A stretch of 20,000 nucleotides of DNA from an uncultured virus (IMG/VR IMGVR_UViG_3300037467_002622) (Duplodnaviria > Heunggongvirae > Uroviricota > Caudoviricetes): IMG/VR virus record IMGVR_UViG_3300037467_002622; one strand, 5' to 3'. The position numbers and the translations under genes are program-made. The notes under the pieces were generated by a model. The model was not told the DNA's origin. It searched no databases and saw nothing but the letters and a program-made list of their open reading frames with translations. Positions 14,074 through 20,000 of the stretch are shown here, one piece after another (the first letter of the stretch is position 1; each line of letters opens with the position of its first letter).

Positions 14074-14813
14074 CCGAGCACGAAGAGCAGCAGCTGCCGA
14101 CCCCGAACGGCAGCCCGCACATCCACGACCTGGTGTCCGAGGATCACCAGGCCCGCAAGGCGCTCGGTACCGAGCGCTACGGCACCCCGCTCCAGGCCGA
14201 CAACGGCCGCGACGCCCTGCGCGACGCCTACGAGGAGTCGCTGGACCTCTCGGTCTACCTCCGGCAGGCGATCGAGGAGCGCAACCTCCAGGCGGACAAG
14301 CTGCGCGAGCGGCTGGAGAACGCCGTCCCGGACACGATGGCCACCGGCGACCGCAAGGCGGTGCTGGACGAGGTACTCCAGCTCGTGATGCCGTTCGTGG
14401 CGACCCCGGCCCGGCCGCCGGTGGTGCGCTGGCACGACGCCACCGGCGAGACCTGGACCGTCGATCCCGGCAAGACCATGCAGTTCCCGGGCGGCGTCGG
14501 CGCCTTCTCGCTGTCCTTCGGCGAGGAGAAGGTCGAGGAGCCCGAGATCTCGCCCATCGCGAGCGCGGCCGACGCCGCGTACGAGGCCTTCATCGCCATG
14601 GACCCGGCCGCGTCCGAGCCGGACCTGAGGTCGGTGCACGAGGCCCTCTCGGCGGTCGACGAGGCCAAGCTGGACGCGCTGCTCGGGTCGACGGAGGCCC
14701 TGCGCACCGCGATCGTGCAGCGCAAGCAGCGGTCCGTCCTGACCCAGATCCGGCGGGAGCAGGCGGGCCGGGGCCTGGTCACCACCCTCGGCGAGATCGG
14801 CGAGGTCGACTAG
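14070..14813 (+). CDS. Phage protein with N-terminal G.ERYG.PL...NGRD.L.DAYEE.LD..VY domain (possible MazG-like all-alpha fold, 247 aa)
   Basis: GTGA coupling; recognisable conserved phage motif with EExxD. The fold assignment is inference. Confidence 0.75.
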   Translation: MTEHEEQQLPTPNGSPHIHDLVSEDHQARKALGTERYGTPLQADNGRDALRDAYEESLDLSVYLRQAIEERNLQADKLRERLENAVPDTMATGDRKAVLDEVLQLVMPFVATPARPPVVRWHDATGETWTVDPGKTMQFPGGVGAFSLSFGEEKVEEPEISPIASAADAAYEAFIAMDPAASEPDLRSVHEALSAVDEAKLDALLGSTEALRTAIVQRKQRSVLTQIRREQAGRGLVTTLGEIGEVD

Positions 14814-14822
14814 CGGCAGGCG

Positions 14823-14853
14823 GAGGCCGGGAGGGCGAACCTCCCGGCCTCTT
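14823..14853 (+). terminator. Intrinsic terminator abutting the next promoter
   Basis: GAGGCCGGGAGG-GCGAA-CCTCCCGGCCTC followed by TT. Confidence 0.75.
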
Positions 14854-14880
14854 GGCATATACTACCCGATCAGGTAGTAT
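14852..14880 (+). promoter_or_regulatory. SigA-type promoter with operator CTACCCGATCAGGTAG (14862-14877)
   Basis: -35 TTGGCA, 17-bp spacer, -10 TAGTAT. CCGCACTGGAGG at 14899-14910. Confidence 0.8.
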
Positions 14881-14915
14881 CAAGGGCACCACTACCAGCC
14901 GCACTGGAGGCGAAG

Positions 14916-15359
14916 ATGGATCCCATCGGCACGGTCCGCCGCGAGGACCACCGCGACGACGGCGAGGCCCCGGGCTACTCGATCTGGGTCCGCATGCAGC
15001 CGACCTACCCCGACGACCAGTTGCCCGACACCGAGTGGACCTGCCTCTGGTCGACCGCGCCCGGCAACATCGGCGTCCGGCACGGCGACGAGATCGCCAG
15101 GCACTCCGAGGTCGTCGGCCAGATCCCGGGCTCCCCGGCTTACACCGGCTCGGACGTCCAGGTGGGCGACAGCGTCCGGCTGCGCGAGGCGGACGTGATG
15201 GGCCGGGTCAGCACCTTCCACGAGATCAACCGCTGGCGCGATCAGCGGTACTTCTTCGTCACGGTGATGACCAGCAACGGGCCGGTGGACGTGGGCGAGT
15301 TCCGTCGCCCGGACTTCGAGTTGCTGGAGAGCGACTTCAACGAGTCCACGGAGGACTGA
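14916..15359 (+). CDS. Hypothetical protein (147 aa)
   Basis: ATG follows the extended RBS. Confidence 0.82.
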   Translation: MDPIGTVRREDHRDDGEAPGYSIWVRMQPTYPDDQLPDTEWTCLWSTAPGNIGVRHGDEIARHSEVVGQIPGSPAYTGSDVQVGDSVRLREADVMGRVSTFHEINRWRDQRYFFVTVMTSNGPVDVGEFRRPDFELLESDFNESTED

Positions 15360-15574
15360 TGAGCAAGAAGATCACGTTCACCACGCCGGAGTGCCAGGTC
15401 TGCCACCAGACCGGTTTCGTCATCGCGCCGGAGGAGGGCGTCAAGCTCTGGCAGGAGGGCGCGTTCATCCAGGACGCGCTCCCCGGTCTCACCGCCAACG
15501 AGCGCGAGCAGATGGTCTCGGGCTTGCACCCCCGGTGCTGGGACACCCTCTTCCCTGAGGGCGAGGAGGACTGA
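15359..15574 (+). CDS. Conserved small Zn-binding phage protein (CxxC...IQDALP.L...EREQ..SG.H..CW, 71 aa)
   Basis: TGATG coupling; familiar motif. Confidence 0.82.
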   Translation: MSKKITFTTPECQVCHQTGFVIAPEEGVKLWQEGAFIQDALPGLTANEREQMVSGLHPRCWDTLFPEGEED

Positions 15575-15575
15575 C

Positions 15576-15788
15576 GTGGCCACCAACGCCGAGCTGATGC
15601 GGCGCTACAACCGGATGCCGTGGTGCGACACCTGCGAGCGCCCGGCTGTCTTCAGCGAGCTTTTCGGCATGCGGCACAGCTCGCAGGACTTCCCGTTCGG
15701 CATCCCCGAGCACCTCGACGACAGCGACGGCCACGAGGTGACCATGCAGCGGTGGTTCGACACCCCGCTCTACCCGGCGGAGGACTGA
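15576..15788 (+). CDS. Hypothetical protein (70 aa, CxxC/His)
   Basis: GTG after GAGGAGG. Confidence 0.72.
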   Translation: MATNAELMRRYNRMPWCDTCERPAVFSELFGMRHSSQDFPFGIPEHLDDSDGHEVTMQRWFDTPLYPAED

Positions 15789-16024
15789 TGATCTTCGAAG
15801 GCGACATCGAGTGGCACGTCGAGGACGGCGGTCAGGCGCTCATCGTCGAGATCGACGAACAGCCGTCCGACATCGGCGTCACGATCACCTCGTGGGCGGC
15901 CGACGGCGGCGGCCCGCACTTCAACCGGTACGACATCGGTGATGTCGCGAAGCTGCACCCCGAGCTGGCCAAGCTCATCGCGGGCAAGTCGCGCCTGCGC
16001 ATCACGGTCGAGGCGCTGGATTGA
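15788..16024 (+). CDS. Hypothetical protein (78 aa)
   Basis: TGATG coupling at both ends. Confidence 0.72.
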   Translation: MIFEGDIEWHVEDGGQALIVEIDEQPSDIGVTITSWAADGGGPHFNRYDIGDVAKLHPELAKLIAGKSRLRITVEALD

Positions 16025-16404
16025 TGGCCCGCGCGAAGACGGCGGTGCACTTCTTCCGCGACGACGGCTTCATGGTGCGCGGCGTGACCGATCCGTGCGA
16101 GGCCTACCGGCTCGCGCTGGAGGAGTCCGCCGACTCGGCCTGGGACGGCCAGCGCGTCGGCGGCTGGGCCTACGACGCCGGACAGCCAGAAGTCGAAGGC
16201 GAGACGGCGTTCCCGGACACTGAGAAGGGCATCGCGGCGCTGGCAGACGAGGTCTGGGGAATGATCAAGAACGCACGTGTCCGACGCTGCCGGATCGTCC
16301 CGACCGGCCCCGACCACCCGGACGGCTACGCCTGGATGGTCTGGGAGCTGGACGACGATGCCAAGGGGCCGGGGATCTTCACCGCCGTCATGTTCTTCCC
16401 CTAG
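16024..16404 (+). CDS. Hypothetical protein (126 aa)
   Basis: TGATG coupling; codon bias. Confidence 0.75.
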   Translation: MARAKTAVHFFRDDGFMVRGVTDPCEAYRLALEESADSAWDGQRVGGWAYDAGQPEVEGETAFPDTEKGIAALADEVWGMIKNARVRRCRIVPTGPDHPDGYAWMVWELDDDAKGPGIFTAVMFFP

Positions 16405-16500
16405 TTGTAGGCCCCCGTCGGACGGCTCATATGCCGTCATAGGCGCGCCAAGTAACGCCGCCCCCACGGATTTTTCGCACTTCACTCGAAAGGAGCAACG

Positions 16501-16734
16501 ATGGACGAGTTCGAGGGCGTCCAGCTGCTGCCTGAGGCCGCCCAGGAGGCGCCGGAGGTGTTCGAGGTCGTCATCACCCTGACCACGCGACACCCGGCTG
16601 ATCTGGGGCCCGTGGTGGACGCCATCGAGAACATCGTCCGGGTCGCGCCGAACGTCACCGGCAAGGTCGACGGCGGCGAGCAGTACGCCCGTACTTTTTA
16701 CGGCTGGGATCTCATCCAGGAGTGGACACGATGA
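16501..16734 (+). CDS. Hypothetical protein (77 aa)
   Basis: RBS AAAGGAG. Confidence 0.75.
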   Translation: MDEFEGVQLLPEAAQEAPEVFEVVITLTTRHPADLGPVVDAIENIVRVAPNVTGKVDGGEQYARTFYGWDLIQEWTR

Positions 16735-16994
16735 CCGAGGACTACTGCGAGAAGTGGGACATGCCCGCCAGCATGTGCGCCCACTGCCGGGGCAACACGA
16801 AGACGCCGGAGGAACAGGCTGAGGTCGAGACCGCCGCGCTGCGCAAGCGGTTGCTGGCGACCGATCCGCGCTGGTTCCCCGCCCAGTATCCCGGGGTCTG
16901 TCGCTGCGGGACTGGCTTCGGGCCCGGCGCACTCATCCGCCAGCCCGGCCCACCGGACTTCAGCTGGGTCGCTGAGTGCTGCGCGGATCAATGA
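16731..16994 (+). CDS. Cys-rich hypothetical protein (87 aa)
   Basis: ATGA coupling; C......MCAHC and AQYPGVCRCG...G..I motifs. Confidence 0.72.
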   Translation: MTEDYCEKWDMPASMCAHCRGNTKTPEEQAEVETAALRKRLLATDPRWFPAQYPGVCRCGTGFGPGALIRQPGPPDFSWVAECCADQ

Positions 16995-17422
16995 CCGGGA
17001 ACCTGGATCCGTCGCCCAGCCTGATGCCCACGCGGCGGCGCGAGTGGCTGGTCAAGCCGCTCACCTACGAGCGCGGTCTCTACAACGATCACGAGGCCGA
17101 GCTGCGCGACGCCATGCTCTACCGGAAGATGATGATCGAAGAGCGCGGATGCAGCTGGTTGACGGCCGAGGCCGTTCTGCGCTCGGCGATCTGGCTGCGC
17201 GATGGCGGCCGCTGCCGGTACTGCGGACGGCTTGTCGAACTGCGCCGGACCGGCGATATCCCGGTTGAGGACCGGATGACCTTCGACCACGTCATCCCGG
17301 TCAGCCGAGGCGGAGAGCACACCTACGCCAACATCTGGGCCAGCTGCCACGAGTGCAACACCCTCAAGGGCGGCATGACGCTGCCCGAGTTCGACGCCTG
17401 GCTGCTCTCCGAGCTGGCCTGA
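16991..17422 (+). CDS. HNH endonuclease (143 aa)
   Basis: RDGGRCRYCG...TFDHVIPVSRGGEH...NIWASCHECNTLKG. Confidence 0.93.
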   Translation: MTGNLDPSPSLMPTRRREWLVKPLTYERGLYNDHEAELRDAMLYRKMMIEERGCSWLTAEAVLRSAIWLRDGGRCRYCGRLVELRRTGDIPVEDRMTFDHVIPVSRGGEHTYANIWASCHECNTLKGGMTLPEFDAWLLSELA

Positions 17423-17448
17423 ACCACCCCGCACTGGAGGAGATCACC

Positions 17449-17727
17449 ATGCCGACCCCGATCAAGCCGCCCATCCTGGCCTTCGTCGAGCTGACCGACT
17501 GGGGCGAGGCCAGCGTCGTGTTCCCGGACGTCGACCTCTGCGGCTCGATCCGGCGCACCGGCCGCCAGAGCTACATCGCCTTCGCCGAGGACGGCGCCGA
17601 GGCGGGCCGGGCCGCACGTTACGAGTCCGCTGCCCGCGCGCTGGCCCGCCACCTGGGCCTGCGCGACAAGCACATGATCAACGTGGAGATCGTCGACTCG
17701 ATCCCGCGAAGAACCCACACCCCCTAG
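17449..17727 (+). CDS. Hypothetical protein (92 aa)
   Basis: ATG 8 nt after CCGCACTGGAGG (17429-17440). Confidence 0.75.
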   Translation: MPTPIKPPILAFVELTDWGEASVVFPDVDLCGSIRRTGRQSYIAFAEDGAEAGRAARYESAARALARHLGLRDKHMINVEIVDSIPRRTHTP

Positions 17728-17753
17728 ACGGGTACTACTCAAGCGGGTAGTAT
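17725..17753 (+). promoter_or_regulatory. Promoter with operator variant CTACTCAAGCGGGTAG (17735-17750) upstream of the LuxR-HTH gene
   Basis: -35 TAGACG, 17-bp spacer, -10 TAGTAT. Confidence 0.7.
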
Positions 17754-17794
17754 CGAATCCAGGAGTACCCCCGACTCAGAGAGCGAGAACGAAC

Positions 17795-18067
17795 ATGAGC
17801 ACGACCGAGCACCGCCCCTTGACGGCGAAGGAGGACGAGGTCTTCCGGCTGGTGGCCGTGGGGCTGACCAACGAACAGATCGCCGGGCACATCGAGACCG
17901 GCGTGGACAACGTGAAGTCGCACATCCGCAGCATCTTCGGCAAGGTCGGCGCGAACAGCCGCACCCAGGCCGTGAGCCTCGGCTTCCGGAAGGAGCTGCT
18001 GAACCGCGCCGACATCGACTCCCTGGCACAGAGCCTCGACAAGGCTCCGGCAACCGTCGAGGACTGA
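17795..18067 (+). CDS. Stand-alone LuxR/GerE-type helix-turn-helix regulator (90 aa)
   Basis: LTAKEDEVFRLVAVGLTNEQIA..I......VKSHIRSIFGKVGANSRTQAV. Confidence 0.93.
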   Translation: MSTTEHRPLTAKEDEVFRLVAVGLTNEQIAGHIETGVDNVKSHIRSIFGKVGANSRTQAVSLGFRKELLNRADIDSLAQSLDKAPATVED

Positions 18068-18099
18068 CGGTCACCGGCACGTGAGCGAGGGGTGCGTGA

Positions 18100-18131
18100 C
18101 GACCCCCGGAAGAGTGATCTTCCGGGGGTCG
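18100..18131 (+). terminator. 14-bp perfect hairpin terminator
   Basis: CGACCCCCGGAAGA-GTGA-TCTTCCGGGGGTCG. Confidence 0.75.
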
Positions 18132-18132
18132 A

Positions 18133-18161
18133 TTGCACTACACGTTCGGGTAGTCTAGGAT
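18133..18161 (+). promoter_or_regulatory. Promoter with operator variant CTACACGTTCGGGTAG (18138-18153)
   Basis: -35 TTGCAC, 17-bp spacer, -10 TAGGAT. CCGCACAGGAGG at 18177-18188. Confidence 0.7.
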
Positions 18162-18195
18162 GATTAGTACGACAGACCGCACAGGAGGTCCGACT

Positions 18196-18504
18196 GTGAT
18201 CAAGCTCGCAGTCGCATCGCAATGTGTGGACCCATCCCTCGTCAACCTGGAGCCGAGGATCATGACCGACACACTGCTGACCGGCCGCCCGAGATCATTC
18301 CTCCGAGCGGTTGCCGCCGGGCGGGCCATGCTGACCGTGAGCAGCGAACCCGACCTGTTCATCGACGGCCTGAGCTGCGGCGATCAGCCGCTGGCTCACC
18401 AGCTCGCTCACCTGGGCCTGCTCGCCCCCGGCTGCACCGGAGGCCTCGGCGAGCGCGTGCCCGCCACCTTGACCCCCGCCGGGCTTGCCGCCATCGGCAA
18501 CTAG
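18196..18504 (+). CDS. Hypothetical protein (102 aa; LRAVAAGRA...EPDLFIDGL..DQ..AH.L...GL...LTPAG), probably winged-helix-like
   Basis: GTG 7 nt after the extended RBS; alternative ATG at 18262. Confidence 0.75.
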   Translation: MIKLAVASQCVDPSLVNLEPRIMTDTLLTGRPRSFLRAVAAGRAMLTVSSEPDLFIDGLSCGDQPLAHQLAHLGLLAPGCTGGLGERVPATLTPAGLAAIGN

Positions 18505-18552
18505 CCACCGAAGCCCCGGACAGCGGGCTCCCCGACACCTGCTGCCCGGTCA

Positions 18553-18594
18553 GAACGAGCCCTCGCGGTAACCCCGAGCCGCGAGGGCTCGTTC
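18553..18594 (+). terminator. 16-bp perfect hairpin terminator
   Basis: GAACGAGCCCTCGCGG/CCGCGAGGGCTCGTTC. Confidence 0.75.
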
Positions 18595-18642
18595 ATCACC
18601 TGGGAACGTCTGCACCGGAAGATCCCGCACAGGAGGAAGTTC

Positions 18643-18927
18643 GTGGACAAGATCAAGAAGATGACCTACTGCGCCACCAAGGTGCAGGGCAGGACCTATC
18701 AGGAGCTGGACGAGCGCGCGCGCGAGTACGGCGCCCGGTTCTTCGAGTTGCCGATCGAGCGCATCAGCGTCTTCATCGTCGAGGACGCGCGCCCCGTCGC
18801 CCACGCCAAGCACGGCGACGGCGAGCCGGAGATGTGGGCCGCGAAGTTCCGCATCGGCTGCGAGGTCGAGGCGGACGACGACCCGGACCCCCAGGACGAC
18901 ACGGGCGAGGACCTCGACGATGAGTGA
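18643..18927 (+). CDS. Hypothetical protein with acidic tail (94 aa)
   Basis: GTG after CCGCACAGGAGG (18625-18636). Confidence 0.78.
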   Translation: MDKIKKMTYCATKVQGRTYQELDERAREYGARFFELPIERISVFIVEDARPVAHAKHGDGEPEMWAAKFRIGCEVEADDDPDPQDDTGEDLDDE

Positions 18928-19429
18928 GTGCCGCAACCGGCACGACGACGGCGGCGAGATCCTCTTCTGCGACAAGCCTCCGGGCAACCACATGAACTGC
19001 TCGGGCTGGAGTGACCGGTTGAGCGGCTTCAAGGACTGGCCGAACCCCGCCTACACGGCGCCCAAGGTCGCCCAGGACGCCCCAGCGGCCTCCTCCCGGC
19101 TCCAAACCATGGCCAACCGCGTGAACGGCGCGCAGGCGGGCAAGGAGGGCTCGGAGCGGGCCGCCGCAAGCTGGACTCCCGCGCAGCGGAAGATGGTCGA
19201 GTCGGCCATCACCGAGGTGGCTGCCCGGCAGGACGAGTTCACCACCGACGACCTCTGGGGCGTGCTCGGGCAGACGGTGCCGAAGACGGCCGGGATGGCC
19301 GCCATGCTCCGGCAGGCCACCTCGCGGGGCTTCATCGAGCCGACCGATCGCCACGCGGACTCGCAGCGCGAGCGGACCGACCATGATCAAGGCCGTCGGC
19401 TGCGGGTCTGGCGTTCCAGGATGCGTTAG
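18920..19429 (+). CDS. Phage protein with N-terminal Cys/His knuckle and FTTDDLW...GFI...S.R..H...RVWRS (winged-helix-like) domain (169 aa)
   Basis: 8-bp overlap with the upstream gene; motif seen in phage hypotheticals. Confidence 0.78.
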   Translation: MSECRNRHDDGGEILFCDKPPGNHMNCSGWSDRLSGFKDWPNPAYTAPKVAQDAPAASSRLQTMANRVNGAQAGKEGSERAAASWTPAQRKMVESAITEVAARQDEFTTDDLWGVLGQTVPKTAGMAAMLRQATSRGFIEPTDRHADSQRERTDHDQGRRLRVWRSRMR

Positions 19430-19444
19430 CATCAGCAGCACTCC

Positions 19445-19508
19445 CCTGGGGTGAGCAACCCCAGGCTGACGCCCCCGGCAACCCCTCCATCCTCGGCCGG
19501 GGGCGTTT
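19445..19508 (+). terminator. Tandem hairpins/terminator
   Basis: CCTGGGGT/ACCCCAGG and ACGCCCCCGGC/GCCGGGGGCGT followed by TT. Confidence 0.65.
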
Positions 19509-19585
19509 CCATGCCTTCCTCCTGTACTCCCGGACGCCTTCCCAACCCAATGTCCGAGAAGCATCCACGAGGAAGGCGTCAGTCC

Positions 19586-20000
19586 ATGCCCAACAGCCAA
19601 GACGTTGCGCAGTTCCTGCGTGAGGCAGCTCAGGCGGACTCGCTCGCCGAGCAGCAGCGGCTCGTTGCCGAGGCCGAGAAGGCCACGCAGGCGATCCGCG
19701 CCGAGGCACAGGCGGCGCGTGACGTCGATCTGGCCAGCGCGATCATCGGCGACCGCTTCGCGCCCGTCCCGGTCTTCAGCCACATCACCGCCAGCAGCGA
19801 CTGGCTGGACACGATCGACACCGCGCCCAACCGCGACGCGATGGCCCAGCAGATCACCGCCGAGGCCACGCTCTGGTACGAGGCCGTCAGCCCCGAGGTC
19901 AAGGCCGAGCCGGAGGAGTTCGGCCAGCATCTCGCCGGGCGGGCCGCTGTCGTTGCCGGACCGTTCGGCCAGCACCGCGACGACGCCTTCACCTCCTTCG
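19586..20000 (+). CDS. Partial Ala-rich helical protein (MPNSQDVAQFLREAA...), runs off the window; not in the ORF track
   Basis: RBS GAGGAAGG; no stop before the window end; strong GC3 bias. Confidence 0.8.
   Translation, partial: MPNSQDVAQFLREAAQADSLAEQQRLVAEAEKATQAIRAEAQAARDVDLASAIIGDRFAPVPVFSHITASSDWLDTIDTAPNRDAMAQQITAEATLWYEAVSPEVKAEPEEFGQHLAGRAAVVAGPFGQHRDDAFTSF

Noticed and set aside
13910..15574. 554-aa + strand ORF and similar long Arg/Pro/Gly-rich ORFs (3177-4271, 5262-5981, 8226-9209, 9329-10336)
   Set aside because: These are GC-rich shadow frames that cross terminators, promoters or real genes. Where used, only their 3' segments with an RBS or coupled start are real.
16991..17422. 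HNH gene as an intron-encoded or defence nuclease
   Set aside because: It is free-standing and translationally coupled, with no interrupted host gene or partner methylase adjacent. This is ordinary for phages.
964..18153. Repeated palindromes as a CRISPR array or transposon ends
   Set aside because: Copies are only 16 bp, irregularly spaced, mostly hundreds to thousands of bp apart and separated by genes. There is no cas or transposase gene.
18433..18443. TGCACCGGAGG resembling the extended RBS
   Set aside because: It lies inside a CDS with no suitably spaced start codon.
18773..19975. Long minus-strand ORFs (400 aa here; also 6072-6998, 9366-10334, 12734-13714, 15832-16932)
   Set aside because: Antisense shadows of codon-biased + strand genes, with no RBS or recognisable motifs.

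Overview
A GC-rich (roughly 68-70% by eye), gene-dense window of about 47 mostly short CDSs. All but one are on the + strand and many are coupled by ATGA/TGATG overlaps. It reads like the accessory/early region of a large actinobacterial phage or prophage; no capsid, terminase or integrase is visible, so the phage origin is inferred. Recognisable products include a Nudix hydrolase, an RNase AS/DEDDh exonuclease, a DUF4097 beta-repeat protein, a DUF397/BldB-like protein, a PnuC-like membrane protein, a SAM-dependent methyltransferase, an HNH nuclease, a LuxR-type HTH protein and tRNA-Trp(CCA). The most striking signals are non-coding. (1) A 16-bp palindrome CTACCC-N4-GGGTAG occurs about 13 times, mostly overlapping the -10 box of SigA/HrdB-type promoters. 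(2) A 12-bp extended RBS, CCGCAC(C/T/A)GGAGG, occurs 14 times just upstream of start codons. Together with terminators, these two motifs divide the region into repeated expression cassettes. (3) A ~700-nt structured-RNA cluster (11521-12227) holds one canonical tRNA, two aberrant tRNA-like elements and several multi-stem units; one tRNA-like element has a 28-nt expanded anticodon arm ending in a self-complementary GCGCGC loop. (4) A stand-alone promoter-hairpin-terminator unit at 6024-6172 looks like a small RNA gene. All family assignments come from motif recognition by eye; no searches were run.
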